Shown here piece by piece: positions 51,601-64,000 of a stretch of DNA of 64,000 nucleotides; position 1 is the stretch's first letter; the number at the start of each line of letters is the position of its first letter. The DNA comes from Haplodiscus bocki (lineage: Eukaryota): positions 50,654,001-50,718,000 of the forward strand of contig OZ296650.1 in the NCBI GenBank assembly GCA_965655095.1, read 5' to 3'. A model generated the notes under the pieces. It ran no database searches, had not been told where the DNA came from, and saw nothing but the letters and a program-made list of their open reading frames with translations. The position numbers and the translations under genes were made by a program.

Positions 51601-54600
51601 ATTTTGGGGTTTTGCCAGAAGTTTTACAGGAGACTCGGTTTTGTGGTTCAATTTCGTGTTTTCTATGTTCATATGATGAAGTTCCCTCAAACTTTGGTGG
51701 TAAAAATGGTTTTCCAATGCTGCGATTGTTAATTCTAAGTCTGTTCTTGTGTTTGCATATAATGTGAGGGAAAACTGTAATGCTGAATCTTTCAAAAGAA
51801 GTTTCAAGAATGATGAATCTTACTTTTTGATTTGCTTGGACTCCTGGAACATCAAATATACTTCGAAACAAGGACTCAAAGTCAGTGCAGTTGTCCAATA
51901 TGAACTTCGCATTTTGGAAGAAAAATTTCTGACTGCGCGTGGGCTGCCGTTTTACTTGGATCTGTTTCGCGAGAAATGTTGAAATGATGAAATTCTAATG
52001 AAGTGATTCATTTTCAGAAAGTTATGACTGAGAGTAAACGAAAAATCAATACTACTGCCTTATAATCAATTTAGGCCATCAAGCGCTCTCAATGAAATGT
52101 AAGAATCTGTGGTTTAAAGATGAATGATGAAAATAATCTTTTTGAGAACAATCGGAGAGCAAATATGAATTTTCTGCATCTAAACTAGGATTAGGTTAGG
52201 ATTAAGAAAAGGACAAACAAAAAAATAGAATTGCGGTTTTCTGCATTCTAGGATTAGAGTTGCTCCAGTTAGGTGTCTTCTTCTGCTGGCTAGAACTTTC
52301 GTCTAGAGGGTTTAGAGTTGTCTTTGTATGGCAAGATAGCGCTGTCTCTCCTATACTGTTTAGCTCGCCCATTGTGTCCAGACGTATTGAGCGGTTGCTG
52401 GTCTTCAGGGTGTAGCTTGTCGTCACTCCTGAACCGTCACCATCCTAGGTTTGTACTTCTACTTCTAGTTTGCATCGTTTATGCCAAAGAAGGTTTCTAG
52501 TATCTTCTAAGCTTTCCGGTAGAGTTTGTTTCTATGGATGCGAGGTCCCCTCGATTGGACTTTTTACAAGTTTCAACTCGACAGCTGTTCTTGAGAATAG
52601 AGAATTGGTTAGTCAAAATAGGTCAACTTTTTTTCGAAAGCGTTGAAACCTGGTTGTGTCAGATAATAAGGAATCTAAATTACTTTATATAAAAAATGTC
52701 CAAACTATTGTTCCGCGAGAGTAGTTTCTCTCAAAAATAACGCCATTTAGAATCTCGAAGGTGAAAACAATAGGTTTGGTTCATATTTGCTTTGAAGATA
52801 AATTTTGACGTTTGTGGCAGTATTAGTTCTTTGACTGCGAGTTGAACGGGACTGCTCCACCTCGTGATCTGCTTCTGCCTCTTGTTTCACACTTTTGTGA
52901 TGCGCGGTTAGAGTAACCACATGAAAAGAAAACCGTTTGTGAAAATGCTGTTGTCTCTGTGTGGCCATCCGCATTTCCTGTGTTTAATGTCCTTTCAGTA
53001 CTTTAATTATCATAACGTTGAAAAATATTATGTCTGTTGTCATTCTTCGAAAAATTTCCACAATTGTTCCCTCTGTAATTGTCTCCTCTATACGTATTTT
53101 TTCTTTGAAAACTTCCTCTGAAATTGTTTCCGTACCTTCCGTGATTTTGATTTTGGTTCTGTGGCTGACCAATTTTGCCAGTCAATGCGTTAAGTCTATT
53201 TTCCGGAGATTTTTGATATTCTGTCTTTTTGGTCAAGACTGCTGGGAGTTTTTCGGAGTTGTCTATACACAATCCTTTAAATCTGTCTTTAGACCAGTCA
53301 TCTGTTGGGCATAACTCTCTGAAAATGACTTTTTCTCTAGCTTCTGTGCGCGCCTCTTGGATTGTGACAGCTTTCGGTTTCTGCAAACTTTAATTCGTGT
53401 AAAGATTGGCATTTTGTTTCTGAACAATCTAATTTTGTGTCACTCTCGTTCCATTTGAGCAAAGTTTCTCCTATTAACCTTTTCAGTCGTTTCTTGATCA
53501 AATATGTCTTTGTCACCTGCTACAGGACCAGCAACCGGTGTTGATCTACAGGAGTTGGATAAGCTTTCGTCGCTAAATTTTGGGGTTTTGCCAAAAGTTT
53601 TACAGGAGACTCGGTTTTGTGGTTCAATTTCGTGTTTTCTATGTTCATATGATGAAATTCCCTCAAACTTTGGTGGTAAAAATGGTTTTCCAATGCTGCG
53701 ATTGTTAACTCTAAGTCTGCTCTTGTGTTTGCATATAATGTGAGGAAAAACTGTAATGCTGAATTTTTCAAAAGAAGTTTCAAGAATAAACAATCCTACT
53801 TTTTGATTTGTTTGGTTTCCTGTAATATCAACTATACTTCGAAACAAGGACTCAAAGTCAGTGAAGTTTTCCGTCATAAACCCTTCGTATTTTGGAAAAA
53901 AACTTTTGACTGCGCGTGCACTGCCGTTTTTCTTGTATCTGGTTGGCGAGAATTGTTGAAATGATGAAATCCTAATGAACTGATTCAGTTTCAGAAGGTT
54001 ATGAGTGAGAGTAAACGAAAAATCACTACTACTGCCTTATGATCAGTTTAGGCCATGAAGCGCTCTCAATGAAGTCTGTGGTTTTTAGATGAATGGTGAA
54101 AACAATCCTTTTGAGAACAATCGGAGGGTAAATATGAAATTTCTGCATCTGAATTAGGCTGAGGTTAGGATTAAGAAAAGGGCCAACAAAAGAGAATTGC
54201 AGTTTTCTGCATTCTAGGATTAGAGTAGCTCCAGTTAGGTGTCTTCTTCTGCTGGTTAGAACTTTCGTCTAGAGGGTTTAGAGTTGTCTTTGTATGGCAA
54301 GATAGCGCTGTCTCTCCTATACTATTTAGCTCGCCCATTGTGTCCAGACGTATTGAGCGGTTGCTGGTCTTCAGTGTGTAGCTTGTCGTCACTCCTGAAC
54401 CGTCACCATCCGTTGTTTGTTCTTCTAGTTCTAGCTTGCTTCGTTTATGCCCGAGAAGGTTTCTAGTATCTTCTAAGCTTTCCGGTAGAGTTTGTTTCTA
54501 TGGATGCGAGGTCCCCTCGATTGGACTTTTTACAAGTTTCAACTCGACAGCTGTTCTTGAGAATAGAGAATTGGTTAGTCAAAATAGGTCACCTTTCTTT

Positions 54601-57600
54601 CAAGAGCGTTCAAACCTGGTTGTGTCAGATATTAAAGAGTCTAGATTATTTTAAAAATTAGTGTTTAAACTATTGGTAAGCGAGAGTAGTTTATCTTAAA
54701 ATTAGCGCCGTTTAGATTCCCGAAAAAGAAAAGAATAAGTTTAGTTCATATTTGCTTCTAAGATAAATTTTGACGTTTGTGGCGGTATTAGTTCTTTGAC
54801 TGCGAGTTGAACGGGACTGCTCCACCTCGTGATCTGCTTCTGCCTCTTGTTTCACTTTTTTTGATGCGCGGTTAGACTAACCACTTGAATAGAAAACCGT
54901 TCGTGAAAATGCTGTTGTCTCTGTGTGGCTATCCGCATTTCCTGTGTTTAATGTACTTTTAGTACTTTAATTATCATAACGTTGAAAAATATTATGTCTG
55001 TTGTCATTCTTCGAAAAAATTCTACAATTGTTCCCTCTGTAATTGTCTCCTCTAGTCGTATTTTTTTCCTTGAAAACTTCCTCTGAAATTGTTTCCGTAC
55101 CTTCCGTGATTTTGATTTTGGTTCTGTGGCTGACCAATTTTGCCAGTCAATGCGTTAAGTCTATTTTCCGGAGATTTTTGATATTCTGTCTTTTTGGTCA
55201 AGACTGCTGGGAGTTTTTCGGAGTTGTCTATACTCATTCCTTTAAATCTGTCTTTAGACCAGTCATCTGTTGGGCATAACTCTCTGAAAATGACTTTTTC
55301 TCTAGCTTCTGTGCACGCCTCTTGGATTGTGACAGCTTTCAGTTTCTGCAAACTTTAATTCGTGTAAAAATTGGCATTGTTTTTCCGAACAATCTAATTT
55401 TGTGTCACTCTCGTTCCATTTGAGCAAAATTTCTCCTATTAACCTTTTCAGTCGTTTCTTGATCAAATATGTCTTTGTCACCTGCTACAAGACCATCAAC
55501 CGGTGTTGATCTACAGGAGTTGGATAAGCTTTCGTCGCTAAATTTTGGGGTTTTGCCAGAAGTTTTACAGGAGACTCGGTTTTGTGGTTCAATTTCGTGT
55601 TTTCTATGTCCATATGATGAAGTTCCCTCAAACTTTGGTGGTAAAAATGGTTTTCCAATGCTGCGATTGTTAATTCTAAGTCTGTTCTTGTGTTTGCATA
55701 TAATGTGAGGGAAAACTGTAATGCTGAATCTTTCAAAAGAAGTTTCAAGAATGATGAATCTTACTTTTTGATTTGCTTGGACTCCTGGAACATCAAATAT
55801 ACTTCGAAACAAGGACTCAAAGTCAGTGCAGTTGTCCAATATGAACTTCGCATTTTGGAAGAAAAATTTCTGACTGCGCGTGGGCTGCCGTTTTACTTGG
55901 ATCTGTTTCGCGAGAAATGTTGAAATGATGAAATTCTAATGAAGTGATTCAGTTTCAGAAAGTTATGACTGAGAGTAAACGAAAAATCAATACTACTGCC
56001 TTATAATCAATTTAGGCCATCAAGCGCTCTCAATGAAATGTAAGAATCTGTGGTTTAAAGATGAATGATGAAAATAATCTTTTTGAGAACAATCGGAGAG
56101 CAAATATGAATTTTCTGCATCTAAACTAGGATTAGGTTAGGATTAAGAAAAGGACAAACAAAAAAATAGAATTGCGGTTTTCTGCATTCTAGGATTAGAG
56201 TTGCTCCAGTTAGGTGTCTTCTTCTGCTGGCTAGAACTTTCGTCTAGAGGGTTTAGAGTTGTCTTTGTATGGCAAGATAGCGCTGTCTCTCCTATACTGT
56301 TTAGCTCGCCCATTGTGTCCAGACGTATTGAGCGGTTGCTGGTCTTCAGGGTGTAGCTTGTCGTCACTCCTGAACCGTCACCATCCTAGGTTTGTACTTC
56401 TACTTCTAGTTTGCATCGTTTATGCCAAAGAAGGTTTCTAGTATCTTCTAAGCTTTCCGGTAGAGTTTGTTTCTATGGATGCGAGGTCCCCTCGATTGGA
56501 CTTTTTACAAGTTTCAACTCGACAGCTGTTCTTGAGAATAGAGAATTGGTTAGTCAAAATAGGTCAACTTTTTTTCGAAAGCGTTGAAACCTGGTTGTGT
56601 CAGATAATAAGGAATCTAAATTACTTTATATAAAAAATGTCCAAACTATTGTTCCGCGAGAGTAGTTTCTCTCAAAAATAACGCCATTTAGAATCTCGAA
56701 GGTGAAAACAATAGGTTTGGTTCATATTTGCTTTGAAGATAAATTTTGACGTTTGTGGCAGTATTAGTTCTTTGACTGCGAGTTGAACGGGACTGCTCCA
56801 CCTCGTGATCTGCTTCTGCCTCTTGTTTCACACTTTTGTGATGCGCGGTTAGAGTAACCACATGAAAAGAAAACCGTTTGTGAAAATGCTGTTGTCTCTG
56901 TGTGGCCATCCGCATTTCCTGTGTTTAATGTCCTTTCAGTACTTTAATTATCATAACGTTGAAAAATATTATGTCTGTTGTCATTCTTCGAAAAATTTCC
57001 ACAATTGTTCCCTCTGTAATTGTCTCCTCTATACGTATTTTTTCTTTGAAAACTTCCTCTGAAATTATTTCCGTACCTTCCGTGATTTTGATTTTGGTTC
57101 TGTGGCTGACCAATTTTGCCAGTCAATGCGTTAAGTCTATTTTCCGGAGATTTTTGATATTCTGTCTTTTTGGTCAAGACTGCTGGGAGTTTTTCGGAGT
57201 TGTCTATACTCAATCCTTTAAATCTGTCTTTAGACCAGTCATCTGTTGGGCATAACTCTCTGAAAATGACTTTTTCTCTAGCTTCTGTGCGCGCCTCTTG
57301 GATTGTGACAGCTTTCGGTTTCTGCAAACTTTAATTCGTGTAAAGATTGGCATTTTGTTTCTGAACAATCTAATTTTGTGTCACTCTCGTTCCATTTGAG
57401 CAAAGTTTCTCCTATAAACCCTTTCAGTCGTTCCTTGATCAAATATGTCTTTGTCACCTGCTACAGGACCATCAACCGGTGTTGATCTACAGGAGTTGGA
57501 TAAGTTTCCGTCGCTAAGTTTTGGGGTTTTGCCAAAAGTTTTACAGGAAACTCGGTTTTGTGGTTCAATTTCGTGTTTTCTATGTCCATATGATGAAATT

Positions 57601-60600
57601 CCCTCAAACTTTGGTGGTAAAAATGGTTTTCCAATGCTGCGATTGTTAACTCTAAGTCTGCTCTTGTGTTTGCATATAATGTGAGGAAAAACTGTAATGC
57701 TGAATCTTTCAAAAGAAGTTTCAAGAATAAACAATCCTACTTTTTGATTTGTTTGGTTTCCTGTAATATCAACTATACTTCGAAACAAGGACTCAAAGTC
57801 AGTGAAGTTTTCCGTCATAAACCCTTCGTATTTTGGAAAAAAACTTTTGACTGCGCGTGCACTGCCGTTTTTCTTGTATCTGGTTGGCGAGAATTGTTGA
57901 AATGATGAAATCCTAATGAACTGATTCAGTTTCAGAAGGTTATGAGTGAGAGTAAACGAAAAATCACTACTACTGCCTTATGATCAGTTTAGGCCATGAA
58001 GCGCTCTCAATGAAGTCTGTGGTTTTTAGATGAATGGTGAAAACAATCCTTTTGAGAACAATCGGAGGGTAAATATGAAATTTCTGCATCTGAATTAGGC
58101 TGAGGTTAGGATTAAGAAAAGGGCCAACAAAAGAGAATTGCAGTTTTCTGCATTCTAGGATTAGAGTAGCTCCAGTTAGGTGTCTTCTTCTGCTGGTTAG
58201 AACTTTCGTCTAGAGGGTTTAGAGTTGTCTTTGTATGGCAAGATAGCGCTGTCTCTCCTATACTATTTAGCTCGCCCATTGTGTCCAGACGTATTGAGCG
58301 GTTGCTGGTCTTCAGTGTGTAGCTTGTCGTCACTCCTGAACCGTCACCATCCGTTGTTTGTTCTTCTAGTTCTAGCTTGCTTCGTTTATGCCCGAGAAGG
58401 TTTCTAGTATCTTCTGAACTTTCCGGTAGAGTATGTTTTTGATGGATGCGAGGTCCCCTCGATTGGACTTTTTACAAGTTCCAACTCAACAGCTCGTCTT
58501 GAAAACAAAGAATTATTTAGTCAAAATAATTCACACTTTTTCGAGATCGTTCAAACTTGGTTGTGTCAGATAACAAAGATTCTATATTATTTTATAAAAT
58601 AAATGTCTAAACTATTGATCAGCGAGAGTAGTTTCTCTCAAAAATAGCGCCATTTAGATCCTCGAAGGTGAAAACAATAAGTTTAGTTCATATTTGCTTT
58701 GAAGACAAATTTTGACATGTGTGGCGGTAATAGTTCTTTGACTGCGAGTTGAACGGGACTGCTCCACCTCGTGATCTGCTTCTGCCTCTTGTTTCACACT
58801 TTTGTGATGCGCGGTTAGAGTAACCACATGAAAAGAAAACCGTTTGTGAAAATGCTGTTGTCTCTGTGTGGCCATCCGCATTTCCTGTGTTTAATGTCCT
58901 TTCATTACTTTAATTATCATAACGTTGAAAAATATTATGTCTGTTGTCATTGTTTGAAAAAGTTCCACAATTGTTCCCTCTGTAATTGTCTCCTCTATTT
59001 ATATTTTTTCATCGTAGGTTTCCTCCGAAGTTGTTTCTGTTTCTTCCTTGATTTTGGTTTTGGTTCTGTGGCTGACCAATTTTGCCAGTCAGTGCGTTAA
59101 TTCAATTTCCAGGGATTTTTTATACTCTGTCTTTTTGGTCAGGACCGCTGGGAGTATTTTGGAGTTGTTTGTACTCATTTCATTGAATCTGATTTTAAAG
59201 CGTTCATCTATTGGGCAAAACTCCTTCAAAATGATTTTTTGATTTTTCTCTGGGTTTTGTGCAGGCTTCATGGATTGTGGCAGTTTTTGATTTGTGTAAA
59301 AGTTTCATTCGTGTAAAAATTGGCAATAATTTTCTGAACAATCTAATTTTGTGTCACTCTCGTTCCATTTGAGCAAAGTTTCTCCTATTACCCTTTTCAG
59401 TCGTTTCTTGATCAAATATGTCTTTGTCAACTGCTACAGGACCATCAACCGGTGTTGATCTACAGGAGTTGGATAAGCTTTCGTCGCTAAATTTTGGGGT
59501 TTTGCCGAAAGTTTCAAAGGAGACTCGGTTTTGTGTTTCAATTTCGTGTTTTATATGTTCATATGATGATATTCCCTCAAATTTTGGTGGTAAAAATGGT
59601 TTTCCAATACTGCGATTGTTAACTCTAAGTCTGCTCTTGTGTTTGCATATAACGTGAGGAAAAACTGTAATGCTGAATCTTTCAAAAGAAGTTTCAAGAA
59701 TAAAGAATCCTACTTTTTGATTTGCTTGGACTCCTGGAACATCAACTATACTTCGAAACAAGGACTCAAAGTCAGTGCAGTTGTCCAATATGAACTTCGC
59801 ATTTTAGAAGAAAAACTTCTGACTGCGCGTGAACTGCCGTTTCACTTGTATCTGCTTGGCGAGAATTGTTGAATTGATAAAATCCTAATGAACTTATTCA
59901 GTTTCAGAAGGTTATGAGTGAGAGTAAACGAAAAATCACTACTTCTGCCTTATGATCATTTTAGGCCATAAAGCGTTCTCAATGAAATCTAAGAATCTGT
60001 GGTTTAAAGATGAATGATGAAAATAATCTTTTTGAGAACAATCGGAGGGCAAATATGAATTTTCTGAATCTAAACTAGGATTAGGTTAGGATTAAGAAAA
60101 GAACAAACAAAAAAAAGAATTGCGGTTTTCTGCATTCTAGGATTAGAGTTGCTCCAGGCAGGTGTCTCCTTCTGCTGATTAGAACTTTCGTCTAGAGGGT
60201 TTAGGGTTGCCTTTGTATGGCAAGACTGCGCTGTCTCTCCTATATTGTTTAGATCAACCAGTGGATCCATACATCTTGAGCGGCTGCTGGTTTTCATTGT
60301 GTAGCTTGTCGTCACTCCCGAACCGTCACCATCCTAGGTTTGTACTTCTACTTCTAGTTTGCATCGTTTATGCCAGAGAAGGTTTCTAGTATCTTCTAAG
60401 CTTTCCGGTAGAGTTTGTTTCTATGGATGCGAGGTCCCCTCGATTGGACTTTTTACAAGTTTCAACTCAACAGCCCGCCTTGAGAACAGAGAATTGGTTA
60501 GTCAAAATATTTCAACTTTTCCGAGAGCGTTCAAATCTGGTTGTGTCAGATATTAAAGAGTCTAGATTTTTTTAAAAATTAGTGTTTAAACTATTGGTAA

Positions 60601-62047
60601 GCGAGAGTAGTTTATCTTAAAATTAGCGCCGTTTAGATTCTCGAAAGTGAAAAGAATAAGTTTAGTTCATATTTGCTTCTAAGATAAATTTTGATGTGGG
60701 TGGTGGTATTAGTTTTTTGACTGCGACTTGAACGGGACTGGTCCCCCTCGTGATCTGCTTCTGTCTCTTTTTTTTCGGAAACTGTCAGCATTCTCGGACA
60801 ATGAGATCATGAAAAAAGCAGCAGACTTTATATTATTTTTGAGGCCGTTTTCAATCAGGGTTTGTGTGTTTGGGTCTCTACTTAAAGGAACGATAACTAT
60901 GAAAATCTGGTACCGATGAATACCTGTCCGTTGATTCCAAACCAAAATCAGATTGCTGACCAATCAAAAAAGATGTCCAACTAAGATACATCCGGGTGAG
61001 TCCAAAAGAAAAACGGGTCATCGTTTTCATGCAGATATGGGCCCAATTGATTAATTCTTGTACATTTTCTTGAAATTTGACTCTTCGCTGCTGTATTCTT
61101 TTGTTATCGAAACCTGAACGATTTTTTGTCGGGAAGCGTCAGTGATTTAGGCAAAAAATGTCAATTTTCAACGCATTTGCATTGAGTTGGTAACAGTGGG
61201 GGTTGAGAGTGAGGCCAAACATGTGTTTCGTTCACACTTGTAAAACTTTTCTCGGGGGTTAGCATTAGTCCAGCTTTGTTCAACATTTGGACAATAACTA
61301 TCTCCAACTTCATGTGCAGGAAGACAATTGGTGTGGGGGCAACGTAATAAATGAAACTCAAGGCATAGCTTGATCTTAGCATTGTAGGCCCGTAAAACAT
61401 AACCTACTGGCTTTAGAGCCAACCGACCTGTTGGTTGCTTACTTAACATCTTTTATGTTAGCCATCATCAGTGCCTTCACTATTGAGCCTTGAGCGGTAT
61501 AACTGTAAAGATTCGACGTGTTCAATCCTTACCAGCAAACTGTTGCCCAAAGATTCAGGATCATGAATCTCCAATTGGGTTAATCGTAGGTAAAAGAGAG
61601 GCTCGAAGGTTGAGCTTTTTCCGGGATCGGGTACCCTTAAAGGTATCAATTAAATTGATGTCCAAACTGATTAAGCTAGCCGTTTCTGGTTGATCCAAGA
61701 GACGATTCTCGCAGCAGAAACATGGGTATAGATTGCTCTGAGTCTCGTTTGTACTGGGGGAACATTTTTTAACGCCAATGGCAAGGGTTGCACAAAGGCC
61801 GTGGAAAACTGTAAGTAACGGTCTGAGTCAATCGTGGTAGATGTTGGAGGCGGACTACATATTTTTTGGGCGGAACATCCGTCTCCGTGAACAGTCTTGT
61901 GTCGAACGTGGCTGTTTCTACACCTTACAGACATCTAATTGTGATGTTTGCGAGTATGGCCAGGAGTAGGGGTTTCTGAAACTGCAGTCGTGGAGTCTGA
62001 TTGTTGTGATAAACTTATTAAATAGCTTCCGGTCATACGAAAACTTG

Positions 62048-62871
62048 ATGGTTCTCAAAAAAAGTGCAACAGTCTCTGCTTCCAACAATGGGTCCGATGG
62101 GCCATTTGCAGCGGATGGATCATAGACTCTGTCAACTCTGCCAAGGTTCTCAAAAAACAGCAGGCTGGATAAAATGTGAAAAGTGTTCAATCTGGTTTCA
62201 TTCTCAGTGTCTCAAAATACCAAAGGAAGTAAAAGTTTTCTTCTGAAAATTGTTCCTACTTTTTGATTCTTCTATTAGAATAAACAGTTTTTGACAAGTT
62301 GAATGAATCGTCGAAGGACGTTTTCAAAACACAAAAAAAATTGTTGAAAATGTCTTCGAACAAAAATTTTCGAACAAGTTGCCAATTGGAAACAACATAT
62401 TGAAAAAACAAGCTTCCACAGTCCCGGAGAAGTCTGAGTTTGCAGACAAAATTTATCATTTCAAAGCCAGAATATCTGCACTACCTGAACTACACTCGAA
62501 TTTTTTCATCGATCAACAACTTCGTGATTAGAAAAAAGTTGAAAAAGTTACTCAAGATTTGAATTGCAAAGGGAATGTCATTGAAACTCAGCGCCTTGGT
62601 AAGTTTGACAAAAATTACAAAGGAATAAGAAGTTCACTTGTAACGTTTCAATCTGTCTGAGATGCCCGAAAAATCATCGCAGAAGCTATTGAAAAAAAAA
62701 CTCTTCCTGACTACAAACACTCTGATTAGCTTTGAGTTGTCACCAGAGGATCTTATCTTGGGAAAAAATTTGCTTGCAAAGCGCTACGAATTAATCAAAA
62801 AAGGCATAGATTGCAGCCGTGGGAAAATAAGAAAGCTGAAGCTCTACCAAGATGATGAACTTGTAGAATAG
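62048..62871 (+). pseudogene. LINE ORF1 relic with N-terminal PHD finger
   Basis: LCQLCQGSQKTAGWIKCEKCSIWFHSQCLKI (PHD C4-H-C pattern); downstream QRLGKF...LVTF and ISFELSPED...KLY motifs typical of CR1/L2-type ORF1. Confidence 0.75.
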
Positions 62872-62887
62872 AATTGATTAGAGCATT

Positions 62888-64000
62888 ATGAAAATCTCTG
62901 TCTTATCTATCTTTTTTTGAACGGTCGTAGTAATTTGCCTGTGAGGAAAAGACTGCAATTTTCTTGTATCCTTCAATTAAGCCTACCGGGTGTTCTCCGC
63001 CTAACTGAAGCTTTGTGGGATGAAAATTCCTCAAACAATACATTCCTTTCAGCAACCTCATCAGTACTAGCCAGAGCTTAGCGTCCAAGTAATCAGCATG
63101 GAGGAGTGGCTATCTTAGTTAGAAGAAGTTTTTCAGCTACTGCAATAGAAGCTATGACGTTATTGCTTTTTATAACCCTCCGCATAGCAGTGAACATCGT
63201 GTTTCTGACAACTCTATGTTTGGTTGCTTATCTTCGTTTTTGGCAGTGCATGGGAACAGTGAAAAAGGTGCTTTTAATGGGTGTTTTCAATAAAAAAGAA
63301 GAAGATTGGGCTCAATTTCTTGCCATTAGTGATGAAAAGTTTTCAGAAACGTGGAACAGTTCTTATGCCAACAACTTCGGCCAACCAGTCACCAAGCCAA
63401 CTCAGAAAGATGAAGACATTCTGAACCTGATGTTCATCAAATATGATGATCCTGAAATCCTACGCATTGAAAAACATCCAAACTTTCCGACCATTTTTTT
63501 AAAATTTTGACCGTTTATAGAAACTTCTCAGTTTTCTCCATCGATTCTAATTTCAAACATCACAATCTCTCAGATTCAGAAAAGAAATCACTCGATATCG
63601 AATCATTTACATTTCTTTTTTCGTTTGATCTGTTGGAAAATTCAGACAACCTCACTGATGATTGGCTCAAAACATTCCAAACCATCTTGAACACGCTCCT
63701 GAATTGAAAACGAAAAAGAAGAAACATGCTCCCGAGCTCTCTGAGTTGTCTTAGTACCCATCTCTTTAGTTTTCTCCAAACTGGAATGAAACGTCTCAAT
63801 AGCTTCCAATTGGAAAACTTCTTGATTTACAACAACTTTTGAACGAAGTGGAAACCTCCATCAAACTTGACACAAAAAATAACATTGAAATTTTTGGTAA
63901 CACCAAACCTGATGTAAACTATTGCTATAAAATACTGCTTAACCAGAAGAAATCTGACATTCCCGAGAAAAGGATTGGCCCTAGAAAGCAAACAGTAACT
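62888..64000 (+). pseudogene. LINE ORF2 relic: apurinic-like endonuclease domain, continuing beyond the window
   Basis: LTEALW (TETW-like), RPSNQHGGVAILV, YNPP, LLMGVFN (GDFN), QPVTKPT...ILNLMF (LDL) and a frameshifted SDH-like motif. Confidence 0.8.

Larger units (their letters stand above)
19871..60768 (-). mobile_element. Giant decayed env-bearing Ty3/Gypsy LTR retroelement (endogenous-retrovirus-like) with antisense cargo block and amplified LTR-gag cassette; 5' end missing
   Basis: Collinear minus-strand order gag - PR - RT - RNaseH - IN - (cargo) - env - PPT - terminal repeat homologous to the gag leader. That everything belongs to one element is an inference. Confidence 0.8.
34031..60768 (-). 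repeat. Tandem array of ~13.5 x ~1.97 kb units, each an LTR-derived spacer plus a complete but frameshifted gag
   Basis: One homologous marker (end of the plus-strand ...YAREGF* ORF) recurs at 34707, 36679, 38664, 40648, 42632, 44602, 46576, 48551, 50525, 52500, 54466, 56441, 58407 and 60389 (periods 1966-1985). Confidence 0.97.

Noticed and set aside
34031-60768. CRISPR-like or multi-gene cluster interpretation of the many repeated short ORFs
   Set aside because: Eukaryotic context with no short repeat/unique spacer pattern. Minus-strand ORFs are fragments of one broken gag, and plus-strand ORFs are its antisense shadows.
61745-61815. CTGGTFFNANGKGC, reminiscent of a chitin-binding CBM14 motif
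   Set aside because: Too short, bounded by stops, and without supporting splice sites or the remaining cysteines.

Overview
Eukaryotic (metazoan-type), AT-rich, repeat-rich genomic DNA. (1) Bases ~1-5600 are a patchwork of degenerate dispersed and tandem repeats. (2) One intact host gene lies on the minus strand: G-protein beta-5 (GNB5), 7 coding exons between 19369 and 7761, all introns GT-AG and phase-consistent, giving 353 aa. Its introns carry several repeat families. (3) About 0.5 kb upstream of the GNB5 ATG begins the 3' end of a very large (>=41 kb), decayed, minus-strand env-bearing Ty3/Gypsy element. From left to right it has a candidate 3' LTR and PPT (19871-20282), an env-like glycoprotein pseudogene (~20574-22751), a ~5.5 kb block of opposite-strand cargo ORF remnants including a clear JmjC (KDM2/KDM7-like) dioxygenase relic, a pol pseudogene (PR-RT-RH-IN, ~29150-34030), and a ~26.7 kb head-to-tail array of ~13.5 copies of a ~1.97 kb [LTR-part + whole gag] cassette with subfamilies, chimeric units and higher-order repeats. 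(4) The array is truncated at ~60768. It is followed by ~1.2 kb of unassigned sequence and a decayed plus-strand LINE (PHD-finger ORF1, APE endonuclease ORF2) that runs off the window. All domain calls come from manual translation and motif recognition; no searches were run.
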